A stretch of 62,285 nucleotides of DNA, filler included. It is 11 parts of 11 records of this genome, joined end to end, with 100 filler letters (N's around TTAATTAATTAA, not from the genome) between each part and the next. Parts side by side here need not be neighbours in the genome. Positions count along the whole stretch, not along the records: positions 1 to 5,650 come from SRR15195285_5922; positions 5,751 to 14,098 come from SRR15195285_5924; 9 more parts are not named here. One strand, given 5' to 3'. The translations under genes and the position numbers were made by a program. Below, one piece after another: positions 1 through 10,800 of this stretch. Within the stretch, counting starts at the first letter, position 1, and every line of letters starts with the position of its first letter. The notes below the pieces were generated by a model. The model saw nothing but the letters and a program-made list of their open reading frames with translations, was not told the origin of the DNA and did not search any database.

Positions 1-42
1 GCGCGCAGGCCGGTCTCGCTCGGTGCGCCTTGGCATGCTCTC

Positions 43-245
43 CTTAAGTTGCAACCTCGGGACATACTTGTGACTTAAGGTCACGAACTCGCGCTTCGCA
101 CCCAACTGTTTTCACATTTTCACGTGCATGTCACCAACCTCAACCACCCCCCACCGTGCAATGACACGCGATTCCAAAACGAATTTCTGATTTCCTATAA
201 CGCGACATTTTGCGCTTAAGTTACAACCTCGGAACATACTTGTGA
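43..245. repeat. 31-bp direct repeat pair (43-73 and 215-245)
   Basis: CTTAAGTT(G/A)CAACCTCGG(G/A)ACATACTTGTGA, 29/31 identical. The first copy is itself bracketed by the inverted repeat CCTTAAGT (42-49)...ACTTAAGG (73-80). Confidence 0.85.
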
Positions 246-717
246 GTCATCCAATGGCACAAGTCGGACAAGTTCGTTTCCATCAGCATCCGCTATAACT
301 CTTTCGATTCGATAATGAGTTCCAATAGGTGTTCGTTCGTATATCTGGTTCCGGTACAGTCCGCGCGCGCGCCGCCCGAGGGGGATCCAGCGCGGGGATC
401 CAGCGCGCATGGGGGCATTCTGTTGTCAGCTACCTGACAATATACCGGTATAGGCACTAGTACAGGGGTAGCTAGTTGTTCGCAAATGTTCGGCGCGTGC
501 TCCAGGGAGTGACATGCACCCGCCCGCGCGGCGCGGTCGTTTCGTTCATCGATTACATCGATGTCGGCGATCCATCCGCGTGAGGTCTACAGCGTCAGAC
601 GCGCGGTCTACTAGTACTCGCTACTATGCGGGTACATGCGACGACACTGCTGGGCCGACAGAACTACTGAGGGAGGCCAAGCGGGTGCGTGCTCCCGGAC
701 CAGAACACAGGCAAAGG

Positions 718-2112
718 ATGTCAGCCGCAAGCACACATGGCGAGGAGGATGAACGCCGGGGTGCGACTGGAGATGATGAGCTACTGGTTGTGAGCTACAA
801 TCTCTCGTTCGCTGTGCAGAAGGACTGGTTGTTCCCGGTGGCGTCTGAGTGGTGGCTTGTCAAGGAAGGCCGGGAGGCACATGGTGGCGACCAGCACGAC
901 TTTGGCAGCAAGAGCCCGGATGAGCGCGACTTCCTGGCCGAGTGGAAAATATCGCTGTGCACCAAGAATGCAATGGAGGCACTGTCAGAGCTGCGTGGCC
1001 CGCATGGAAGTATCGATCTCATTGGGCTGCAAGAATGCAACCAGGTTGAGCGGCCACGGAGCTTCCACGCAGACCCGAAGACGTGGAAGGCCGGGTTTGG
1101 CTTCACATCGAGCGCGGTCCAGTATTTGGATGCGCTGTTGTGCGGGACGAAGTGCGAAACGCCGGAGCTGAGCGATTTCCGCGACGAGCCAGGTCTGGAG
1201 AAGACGGAGAGCAGGCCGAACACGGTGCTGTTTCAAAGCATCGGGTATGTGAGGTCCACGCTCTACGGAGCTGGGGCGATCGCCGCTGTGGTGTACAACA
1301 GAGACACCATGGGTCCACACCAGCGGGTGGCCGAGGGGGAGTGTGAGACGGAGGCCTCCATCGCGGCGGACTCTGTCTTGGCGGGCCGACCGTTCCTCAT
1401 CCTGTACTTTGAGAAACGCAACATTGCCGTCATCAACATCCATGCGCCGCGGACGGAAGACCCCAAAAGCGGCATGCAGTCATACACGAAGCAGCAGTAC
1501 CAGGCGCTATATGACCGCATCGGGCCGCATGTTCATGAGCTGGTAGTGTCCCGAGGGGCCCGTGTGATCCTTGTATCGGACTCGAATGACGAGCTGCACA
1601 TCGCAACGGAGAGGTCGGAAGGCCCGCTAGGAGGAGAAGGCAGTGCGGACGCTGCGTGCCCACACGAATTCATCGACATGGCCTTGAGCGCAGACCACCG
1701 GCTGAGGCTCTGCATGCCGGGGTTGCGCGATCAGCCGGCCTTTGAAGTCCAGAGCAGGCCCGGATACCTCCCACGCACATCCGCGTGGCCCACACTGGTC
1801 AAAGTCGGAACGGAACCCGATGAAGACGGTGCAGCGGTAGACAAGTACGCGGCCAAGTACGATCCCAGCGGACCGAAATTCTCGGCTACGATCGATCTCA
1901 TATTGGATTCTGGCTGGGGCCCAGACAGCCAGGAGTGTCACGCCACGTTGGGTGTCCCACCATCGATCGACTATCAAGCCCAGTACGATGCCAAAGCAGG
2001 GCCTGGGTCTGCCTTCGCAGACACACCATGGGACCAGATGAACAAGACACATTTCACATGGATGAGCGACCATGCGCCAATGTGCATGCACTCGAAGATT
2101 CAAAAAACCTGA
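718..2112 (+). CDS. Endonuclease/exonuclease/phosphatase (EEP, DNase I-like) family protein
   Basis: EEP motifs occur in the expected order: LLVVSYNL, DLIGLQE, VINIHAP, VILVSDSN (GDxN variant), IDLIL, and the C-terminal MSDHAP. The likely start is ATG 718; the ORF-track start at 514 lies in a motif-rich upstream region. Confidence 0.8.
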   Translation: MSAASTHGEEDERRGATGDDELLVVSYNLSFAVQKDWLFPVASEWWLVKEGREAHGGDQHDFGSKSPDERDFLAEWKISLCTKNAMEALSELRGPHGSIDLIGLQECNQVERPRSFHADPKTWKAGFGFTSSAVQYLDALLCGTKCETPELSDFRDEPGLEKTESRPNTVLFQSIGYVRSTLYGAGAIAAVVYNRDTMGPHQRVAEGECETEASIAADSVLAGRPFLILYFEKRNIAVINIHAPRTEDPKSGMQSYTKQQYQALYDRIGPHVHELVVSRGARVILVSDSNDELHIATERSEGPLGGEGSADAACPHEFIDMALSADHRLRLCMPGLRDQPAFEVQSRPGYLPRTSAWPTLVKVGTEPDEDGAAVDKYAAKYDPSGPKFSATIDLILDSGWGPDSQECHATLGVPPSIDYQAQYDAKAGPGSAFADTPWDQMNKTHFTWMSDHAPMCMHSKIQKT

Positions 2113-2520
2113 GCCAGTCATGTAAAGCGAACATCTGCAGTATGCAAGAGAGAAGAAGTGTATACACTAGGTCACTAGTATACGCGTATGGACCGGGATT
2201 TGCGTGCTTAAAAAAAAGAGCCCAACACGCAGGTACAAAAAGGACCACCAGTGCGCACAGGAGCACGCGCCACAGGCATACCATCAAGCCCACCTCCGTG
2301 GCGGACGCGACAGGAGGACACCCGAAAGCGATTTCCCGACGGGTATACCACCGCGCGACAACACAAGGTTGGCTCACGCCGCGGGCGTGCACCCTGCACC
2401 GCGCCATTACTATACATGTAGATTGGTACTGGTACCGTACCAGGTTCGATTCGACATACCAGTATGCCCAGGTTGGTGAGAGCGCGGTGCGGCTACATGC
2501 GTAGCTGGATAGCCGCCAAC

Positions 2521-2587
2521 CCCGGTTTGTGACGGTTGGTCCCAGGTGCTATGAACAAGCACTTGGGACCAACCGTCACAAACCGGG
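2521..2587. repeat. 30-bp near-perfect inverted repeat (hairpin) with a 7-nt loop
   Basis: CCCGGTTTGTGACGGTTGGTCCCAGGTGCT (2521-2550) and AGCACTTGGGACCAACCGTCACAAACCGGG (2558-2587) pair with one G:T. It lies between convergent genes. Confidence 0.95.
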
Positions 2588-2882
2588 CCCGGGGAATATT
2601 ATGCAGCCCCCTGGTACCGAAGCTCAAAGTTTCCGGTTGCGGATGATCATAAGGCCTTATGCCCTATATCATGGGCACAATGTGTTGGGTGGCCCTGTAA
2701 CATCAGAGTACAGTACCTTGAGCACCCTCACTCGCTACTGCGACAAGCTCAAGGTGCCGCCGCCCTGGAAAAAGTTGAGGGCTGGCTATAACTCTTGCTA
2801 CGTAGATGTGACATCGGAGGAAACTACGAGTGAAACGCGTAAACTGTCATTCTGTGCATTTACTTCGACATTTAGGCAGCGG

Positions 2883-5213
2883 TCACACCATGGTGGGCTC
2901 CACCGTTGCCACTAGCAGCTGCACTCCGCACAGTGTCTCGCGCTCCATTTTGACGCAGTGCAGGTAGGTGAGAGGCGGGTACAGGAACTCCTGCTCGTTC
3001 GGGTAGACCGACAGAAAAGAGATGTCCGCGCCGCGGTTGATGCAGTTCTTCGTCACGATGCGGAAGACCAGCGGCAGGGACGACGCCGCGAAGTTCAGCA
3101 CCGCCACCTCCTGGCTCGCGGTAGTCGACACGCAGGCATAGTCGGTGCCGCCCTCCGTCATGAACTGCCCGGTGATTCCGACGTCCTTGAGGCCGCGCCA
3201 CAAGATGCGCTCGACGTAGGCGTCCGCACAGGTGGCCGCCACAGCCCGCAAGAGGCGAATGCCGTCGCTAATGAAGTAGGTCGTGGCGGCAAACGGGTGC
3301 GGCCTCTGCGGCGGGTCGGCGCGAAGTGGGTCGTTGATGCGGCTGTAGCTCGAGGTAGTGTAGAGCCGCAGGGCGATGATGTGGTGCCGTCCGAGCTTCG
3401 CTGTCTGGGCGCTGCTGTGTGCAAGCAGCGAGTCGACCGAGACACCGGGGCAGGCCCAGCCGGGAAGTCTGGTGCCAGCCAGTACGCAGCGGTAGTTCGC
3501 CTGGTCCTCCGCGGTGCCGTGCGCCGCAAACTCCTGCTCGATCGCCGCCTCGTGCTGCTGGAGGTAGGTCCCGATGATGGCATCGCTCACGCCTAGCAAA
3601 ACCTTGATGCCGTGGGCGGCGTCGGAACCTTTGCCGAGCCGCATCTGCTTGTCGGCGGCGATGTACTTGTCGAGCATGGCCGTCAGGGGCTCGGGCTCGG
3701 GCTCCGGCTCTGCGGCAGCTGCTCCCCCGGCCACGACTTGAGACACGGCTGTGACTGCATTAGTTTGCGTCATCGGGGCCGTCGGGTCAGCACTGGATGC
3801 AGCAGGAATTTGTTTGCGCAGACGTTTGAGCTGGATGGCATTGAAGCCGATTGCTTGGAGCTGTTCATCGGTCACGTCCTCTAGCTCGGAGGCTTCAGCA
3901 ACACCGAGCTGGGAGAGCGCAACCTCGAACGCGCCGAACTTGTTTTGCGCGCAAAATTCTGTGAGTGTCATAGGGCCAGCCGTTGGGGCTGCCGGCAGGC
4001 TCGTGTTCTGGACGATCAGACTAGGAGATGCAGGTTGCCCGTGCTGAATGAGCGGCGCTTGCAGCCCTTGCTGTTGTTGCAGTTGCTGCTGTTGGTACTG
4101 ATGTTGTGCAAGAGGTTGTGCGAGGGTAGCTTGTGTCCATACTGGTTCGCCTTGGGTTGGTGGTGCTACCACCTGCTGTTGCTGCCAATGTATACTGGTG
4201 GTCATAGCCTGTGGTGGCTGCCCACCAGGTGCTAGGCGAGTGAACTGGTCGATGCGCCCCAAGAAGGATGGCTGACCAGGTACAACGACGATAGTAACTT
4301 GGCCTGTTTTTGGATCGACATCGACCCCCGTGGCGGTGTAGTTCCATTGGATGTAAACGGCTATTGCTGTGCTTGCGTAGATGAGCAGCTCGACGATAGC
4401 CTCCTCAGAAAACATGTGGAAGAACCCGTAGAAAATGCTGTACAACGTGAGGGTTGACCCCAAATACGCCGTGTTCACGATAATGCACACCTTCTGAAAT
4501 TTTAGGAATACGAATCCCATCGCAATTCCTCCAACCACGGCAACAATGCCGAGGCCTTCGGATTGCAGCGCCTGGCTGCTACCCAGAAATACCATCCCCA
4601 CAGAGGAGACAACCAGCATTCCAAAGCCGCAACCGGCGCAGAAGATCACGATGAAGTACATGGCGATGAAACAAAAACCTCCGCACGCGCCCCCGATCAG
4701 GAAGGCTAGGAGCATCATGGCCTCAGGATCTGCTTCGCCGTTGGCACTGGCGCTGATCCAAGCAATTACGCCAGCAATGAAGCCGACAAAAAGGAAACCC
4801 ATTAAGAAGACGACATACTTCCAAAGACGGTATCCAAGCAGTGCAGTTAATAGTCCAATCGGCAAGAAGATCAGCCCGAGTGGCACAGTTGTCGCGTAAG
4901 AGACCGCGGAGAAGTCAATGCTGGGGAGGCTGTTCTGTTCGCTGGGGAGGCTGTTCGCGCCGGTCGGTGGGGTCGGCGGGGGAGAACAACCTGAGCTGAA
5001 TACGCCGTTTCCACCATTGTATGGCACCCCACAGTTGGTGGGGTACTGGATGGCGCAGCCTTCCTTGGTAGAAGCGTGCCCAACAACAGTCGGACTGCAG
5101 CGATATCCGGCACAACAGGTGCACGTGCAGTTGTCGGCATCAACGCTCCCCACAAGCGAGACTAGCACGACCACAGCAGCCTGCCTTGCGATTCGTTCTA
5201 GCGCCATTTCCAT
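2883..5213 (-). CDS. Signal peptide + small Cys-rich ectodomain + TMEM198/TM7S3 (DUF4203)-like multi-TM domain + Gln-rich linker + SAM + C-terminal R-S-E mono-ADP-ribosyltransferase
   Basis: Signal peptide MEMALERIARQAAVVVLVSLVGSVDA, then CTCTCC...C...C...C. A hydrophobic Gly-rich helix series begins GLLTALLGYRLWKYVVFLMGF and ends IVNTAYLGS...VYIQW. SAM-like segment LTEFCAQNKFGAFEVALSQLGV...LQAIGFNAIQLKRL. ART motifs LRLYTT..Y..IN..LR, LWRG (R), CVSTT (S), GADISFLSVYPNEQEFLYPP (ExE). Confidence 0.85.
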   Translation of the reverse strand: MEMALERIARQAAVVVLVSLVGSVDADNCTCTCCAGYRCSPTVVGHASTKEGCAIQYPTNCGVPYNGGNGVFSSGCSPPPTPPTGANSLPSEQNSLPSIDFSAVSYATTVPLGLIFLPIGLLTALLGYRLWKYVVFLMGFLFVGFIAGVIAWISASANGEADPEAMMLLAFLIGGACGGFCFIAMYFIVIFCAGCGFGMLVVSSVGMVFLGSSQALQSEGLGIVAVVGGIAMGFVFLKFQKVCIIVNTAYLGSTLTLYSIFYGFFHMFSEEAIVELLIYASTAIAVYIQWNYTATGVDVDPKTGQVTIVVVPGQPSFLGRIDQFTRLAPGGQPPQAMTTSIHWQQQQVVAPPTQGEPVWTQATLAQPLAQHQYQQQQLQQQQGLQAPLIQHGQPASPSLIVQNTSLPAAPTAGPMTLTEFCAQNKFGAFEVALSQLGVAEASELEDVTDEQLQAIGFNAIQLKRLRKQIPAASSADPTAPMTQTNAVTAVSQVVAGGAAAAEPEPEPEPLTAMLDKYIAADKQMRLGKGSDAAHGIKVLLGVSDAIIGTYLQQHEAAIEQEFAAHGTAEDQANYRCVLAGTRLPGWACPGVSVDSLLAHSSAQTAKLGRHHIIALRLYTTSSYSRINDPLRADPPQRPHPFAATTYFISDGIRLLRAVAATCADAYVERILWRGLKDVGITGQFMTEGGTDYACVSTTASQEVAVLNFAASSLPLVFRIVTKNCINRGADISFLSVYPNEQEFLYPPLTYLHCVKMERETLCGVQLLVATVEPTMV

Positions 5214-5577
5214 TTCGGCCCACCGAATAAGCACCGATACGCGCGGACGCGTCGTCGTCCAGCACACCACCACGCCCGGCCGTGGAAAGCGAGCGCCTGA
5301 GATCGTACGCGAGCACGCGAGCGCGTGGGCCTGTCGCGGTTTTGTCGCAGTGCTCGTCAGCCAGCAGCAGTGTGCTCGCGTCAGTCCGTCCGCGCGTCAG
5401 GGAGCAGGCAGCGCGAGTCGCGCGGATTCAGCATGCACGCGTGCACTATCTACTGTATGCATAATAATCAATATTGACAACACCTGAACGCATGGAATTG
5501 CAGAAAGCAGAAAGCAGAAAGCAGGAAACAAGCCGCAGGAAACAAGCCGCTCTAAATTTTCCACGAGCTGAGATCGC

Positions 5578-5639
5578 CAGCTCGTAGGTGCGGCAAATTT
5601 CGTGTTCGGCAGCTCGTAGGTGCGGCAAATTTCGTGTTC
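5578..5639. repeat. Tandem repeat with 32-bp period, two copies, at the contig end; preceded by (GCAGAAA)n at ~5499-5524
   Basis: CAGCTCGTAGGTGCGGCAAATTTCGTGTTC at 5578-5607 and 5610-5639. Confidence 0.9.
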
Positions 5640-5650
5640 AGCAGACGTCT

Positions 5651-5750
5651 NNNNNNNNNNNNNNNNNNNNNNNNNNNNNNNNNNNNNNNNNNNNTTAATT
5701 AATTAANNNNNNNNNNNNNNNNNNNNNNNNNNNNNNNNNNNNNNNNNNNN
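5651..5750. other. Artificial contig linker (44 N + TTAATTAATTAA + 44 N). Identical linkers at 14099-14198, 21845-21944, 25568-25667, 32515-32614, 39653-39752, 42938-43037, 46359-46458, 55702-55801 and 58974-59073
   Basis: Ten identical 100-bp blocks carry a six-frame stop spacer. ORFs run into them and are cut (EF-hand, Cys-rich, Myb, kinesin and WW genes). Confidence 0.98.
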
Positions 5751-6298
5751 GCAATTTGCAAAGGTGGTCCATCTCGGGTGGCCTTACATGTTCATCGTAT
5801 CGACACGGACGATCTTGCCAGGCGAAGAGCTGCTCTTGTAAGCCGACCTACTCAGTCAGTAGGTCAGATGTTTCGACTAGATTACTGCTTAGAGGTTGCA
5901 GAGTTGGCGCACAACCCTAGCACGCCCAGCGCTAGCCACACCTGTGCGATTGCCTGCATCACCGTTCAGTGCACTTAGTGGGCTTATGCATATCATCATG
6001 GCGCAATAGGGACTACGGTGAAGATTACTGGGACTGCCGGAGGGAGCCAAGTGCATTGTCATAACGGCCTGTTGGTGCAATCTTTCCAAAACAGTTTTTT
6101 TAGCTCCCAGCTTCGACATGGACAGCGCCGCGGCTCGATTGCAGCAAATCGCATTTACAGCGCCAGTGTAAACTTGCTGGGACGCAGAACGATCATGAAT
6201 GAAGCAATGGCGATGTACCGGCGCACAATAATTGTATAGCTCTGCTGACGCAAAATATGCTCTTGTCCATGTGTCGTATGGACTGGTGCATACATTTA

Positions 6299-7377
6299 TC
6301 ACATGCGTGCAACGCCATTGCACTTTAGACTGTGCGTTCCTGTTTCCTTGTTCTCTCTCGTTGTCTGTGGTGGCGATGTGGCCGGAATAGCTCCGCTGAC
6401 TGTCTGGTCGCCGAGCTCTCGCATTGCCTGCTCATTTTCTTCAGAGTCGAGCGCCAGAATCCATCTCGTCGACTCATTCATCGACTGCTGCACGCCAAGG
6501 GGGATCAAGCGCTTCTGGTGCTGCTGCTGAGGCATATCCCTGCGGCACCAGAACAAATGCACGGCGGCTTTGCCCCGAGTGCCGGTCGGGGATAGATTCT
6601 CCGTGCCTGAGTGCCAGGTGTGAGCATTCATAACTATGCAGTCCCCACGGTCGCAGGTAATCTGCACCTCGGCAGGGTGTGCTGCGCTCGGATCGGGCAT
6701 GTCTTCGGCAGGGAGACGCTGCCACCTGTGAGATCCAGGAACAGCACGCAAGGGACCGGTGATGGTGCTGTAGGGCGCGAGTGCCACTAAGACGTTCACC
6801 ACCCATGGCCCTATATCGTCAGCGACAGCGGAGAAGTCCGCATGCAATGGCTGCCTGCCTGCTGGTCCATCGTTGACGTTGCTACTAGACGGGACGACAC
6901 GCGCATTTGCTGAGCTGAGTTTTAGTCGAGAACCACCGAGGATGAAGGCCACATATTCTAGGACCCCGCGATTGGTGGCGAGTCGCTCAAAGATGCCATC
7001 CTTCCCAACCAGCGCTGCCAGCCGGGAAGTCCCCGCCTCCTGTCGGAACTCGGAGCCTGCTGCCGCGCCTTCTGCTGCCAGTAGCCGATGTACCGCCGCC
7101 TCCTGCGGCGACCGTGCGAAGCGTGCAATATACAAGTCGTCAGTGTCTGGCTCAACTTGTAAGCGATGATGGCTAGCAGCTACGATAGATGCACCGTGTT
7201 GGCTAAGAGGCATCAAACTGCCCGCACCGCTTCGCCCAGCAGTCTCTCGCTGAGCAACCCCTTGACGACACAGAAGCCACGCTCTGTGAGCTGATCGGCG
7301 TGCTCCGATGGGATAGCTCCCTGCAGCGCTGCCAGCTCAGCAGGCACTGGCGCTTCCATTGCCAGCTCAGCAGGCAT
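6299..7377 (-). CDS. Phytanoyl-CoA dioxygenase (PhyH)-family Fe(II)/2-oxoglutarate dioxygenase, 2 exons
   Basis: Exon 1 (7377-7228) reads MPAELAM...EHADQLTERGFCVVKGLLS. Intron 7227-7103 is GTGCGG...CACTGAC...CCGCAG, phase 0. Exon 2 has QPLHADF (HxD), GPLRAVPGSHRW and GDCIVMNAHTWH (distal His). Confidence 0.88.
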
Positions 7378-7536
7378 TGCTGGCGATGCCGATTCAGATT
7401 TACATAGCTAACGTGGTCTTCATGAGCCTTCTTCGTTGCTGTAGAGGTACACGCATGTAGACGGGCGTCGGGGATACGATACGCGCGGCGGCCCGCGACG
7501 TCGACGTGGACCAGGCAGCTCGCGCGTGCCTGCGCA

Positions 7537-7599
7537 ATTGACTGCTGGCAGATTGACTGGGATTCGATGGCCCAGCGTAATTGACTGGCAGATTGACTG
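7537..7599. promoter_or_regulatory. Cluster of four ATTGACTG octamers upstream of the PhyH gene
   Basis: Copies at 7537, 7552, 7580 and 7592, 160-220 bp upstream of ATG 7377. Each contains TTGACT. A regulatory role is inferred only. Confidence 0.45.
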
Positions 7600-7882
7600 A
7601 CGTCCCTCAATAAATGGCGTACTGGCTGGACACAGGGCATTAGCCCTAAAAAGCCCCCGCTAGCGCCCCGTGTCAAGCCCTGTAGCTAGAGGCCGATGAA
7701 GACACATCCCTCTGGATTCCGAGCAACCATTCTTATGGCAACAAACATACATGTATTTGTACGGTAATCGACCTAAACAAGATGGGTAGAGGCAGACGCG
7801 CCGTGAGGTCACGCAAATAGACGGGCTTTACAATGTAGAGTGGCTGATTCGTCTAGCAAGCCGCAAAGAACCCGAGTTTCTC

Positions 7883-10800
7883 TCAGGGACTCTTTGCTTC
7901 CCTGTTTACATTCCAGTTGCTTCTCGCAGTTGTTGTGTGATTGGAGTCCGGACACGCAGGCCCGCTCTCGTCGCACTGATTGTTTCGCAAATATATCCCA
8001 CGGGCACTGTCCGTAAGATTCTTCTTCGCAGGCATGGTCGAACGACCCACTACGATCCCACTAGATCCAGGGCCAATCATGTTGCTCTCGACGACGATGT
8101 CCGCGCCTACGGTAACCTCGGCAGATGCAACAAGAGTTCACCACATCAACCCCTTCACGAAAACAAACGAGCGTTGCGTTGCGGAAAAGTACTCACAATT
8201 AGACTCAGTGCCCAACTGCATGCCCCCGTTGTTGTGCATGCCATTCCTTGCAAAGCGAACGAAGCGTACCTGCATTTGGATCACCGTTCGAATGTATTCG
8301 AATTGTATTTGAGTACAATGGATGGCCAACGAAGACGCAGGCTCACCGATGGCATGACAAAGTCATAGTCGCCGAGGCCACCTTTGTCCTCCACGAACAT
8401 ATTGAAGTTTGTGCTACCTTTAGACTTCAATGCTTTCACGTTGTACCGCGGATTGTCGCCACGGAATTGCCCGTATCCTTGGGCTGGAGCACCTGACTCA
8501 GCGCTGAGCCCCTCGAGCAGATGATTGTCCTCAACTGCGCCCACGCCAGTAATTGATTTGATGCGATGGAGATGAATGTGCAGTTACGCGAGTACTCTGA
8601 CGGCATGCACGAAAGAGAGAACTCACACTGCACGAACCAGTTCAATCCGGCTGTTGTATGAGAATACGCGCGCGCATCCTGCCACGTACCTGCAGGGCGC
8701 GCGTCCCGTGAGAATCCGGGCCTTGCGAGGAGTGTTGGGAAAATGGGGTCTCAAGACATCATGTGATGAATTGCATGGGTGATGTTCTCTGATATGGGCT
8801 CAATGATTTTGAAAAACTGGACTCAAACGTACCTTCGGCCGCAAAACCGCTGTTCCTCCAGGCTGTATTGCCACTAACAATTGCATTCATTCCCATCATG
8901 TAAAATTGAAACATCTGTGACATCCACACTCATAATCAGTCAGCATCTTCCTCTTTTGGCGGAGGGCGGGGCAGTTGTACTTACACCAGCGTCAATGAAT
9001 TGATTGCCAGTGAAGATGTGGTGGCCGTTGTGCGCAACTGCTGCGACAAACGATGTGGCGTCCGGTTCTACATCGAACGGGCGATCGAGTTCGAACTCAA
9101 TCGAGCCGGGGCCGGCTGCACCAAAGGTTTTATTCAAAATGCGCCGGACCTGACCAACGCCGGTCCCATTGACGATCGCAAAATCCCCTCCTATTGCAGC
9201 TTGAGCCCGACCAGCGTAGCCACCGTTGTCGATCGGGTAGTGGCCACCATGACTCCAGAAGCACCCATTCTGAGACTCTTTGGTGTGCGAGCTGTTAAGC
9301 ACTGTCACTGTATTCCCAGATACAGACGCATAGGGGCCCCAATAGCATCCTTGGCTCATCTGTGTGTCAAATGTCATGATCTCGCGATCGTTGCCCCAGT
9401 CTTGATTGAGTCGATTGTTTGACCACAACACGTGCTGCGTTGGGCCTGTGTGCCCCCAAGAGTAATCGGTGATGCAATTACCTCCTCCTTCCAAACTAGC
9501 CGACTGAATATCATTCCCTTCAACAATTATTTGACGCACACCGTCAAGCCATAGTGGGTTCCCTCCGCTATAGAGCCGATTCCGACGCACAAGCCCATAC
9601 GCCGCAGCGCCACCATCGAAATAACCTTCGGCACCCGATCCAGGCATGGCACAGCTGCAGTTTAGCTTGTTCTGGCTGAAGGTAATGTTGGGAGCGTGTC
9701 CGAGCCCCCATGCATACGGGCTCATGGAACGGATCAGGGCCTCTCCTGCGCCGTACAGGTCGCAATCTTCGATCACCCAGTTGTTTCCCGTTACGTCTAC
9801 TACGTAACCGACGTCTTGAGGCTCCCAGGGTGGTGAGCGATGCCCTGCCGAGCCACTTGCCGCACCGTATGAGCTGGCGTTGCGCCCAAGTCCATCCATG
9901 TTCAAGTAAGGGTTTGCACGTACTAGAACTCTACGCATCTCGAACCGAGCCGCACACTGCGTGTGGATCAGTGCTCGATAGTATCCGGTGACATAAAAAG
10001 TCACATCTTCAATACCCCAAACGCCCTGGCACTGGCCTGCATTGGGCGCACCGTAGTAACCACCACAATCATAGTGTATGTACGCATGTGGTGCGGTTGT
10101 AGGACTATCCTGAGCGAACCATATCGCTGTAAGCTCTTGTGCCTCTCCCTTCAGAACGCAGTTGGGCGGCACCTGCAATCCATCTTTGTACGGAGGCCTG
10201 TGCGCATAGTACCAGAACGCCTGCAAGTTCCCCGGCGTGGTGTCCAGCCCCCAATTCCGCGCGTCAAGAGGAGCTTCGATTATGTACTTGCCACGTGGAA
10301 AGTACACGACGCCCCCACCGTTCTTGCCACAGGTCTCAAGAGCAGCTACGACTGCCGCTGTTGCGTTGATGCACCCGCCGGCAGAGCTGGTGTTGCAGCT
10401 AACGACACCCATCTGCGCGACATCGACCGAAAACTGCTTGAAATGCCTTGTGGTTTGTCTCAAGCGAATCGACACTGTTGCAAATAGTTCGAATTACGCA
10501 CCTGCGTGACGTCGTACTGGGGGCCTGTAGGCAGTGCGGCAGTATCAGGCGAGACGACCTCATGTAGGTCAGTCTTGTAGTGAATTGGGTCCTGAAACAT
10601 CGAGATCTGTTCAGAACCACTGTACCCATTGTCGATAGCCAATCTGTACACACCGGGCGCCAGATTCGACGGTAGCTCGAAGAGTGCATCAAACTGCGTG
10701 AAGTTCGTCGCCACCACCTTAGTTGATTGCTTGCCACCACCTTCCTGAGGCAGCAGATGAAGTGTTGGTTTCTTGACTTCTGGAGTTGCTAACAATGCCG

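Noticed and set aside
5578-5639. CRISPR array from 30-bp repeats
   Set aside because: Only two copies, separated by 2 bp, with no spacers and no cas genes. It is a simple tandem repeat.
10434-10501. Programmed frameshift or pseudogene between ORFs 10460-13438 and 8940-10475
   Set aside because: A 68-bp GTGCGT...CAG phase-0 intron explains the frame change. The same applies to the kinesin, RecA, esterase and PhyH breaks.
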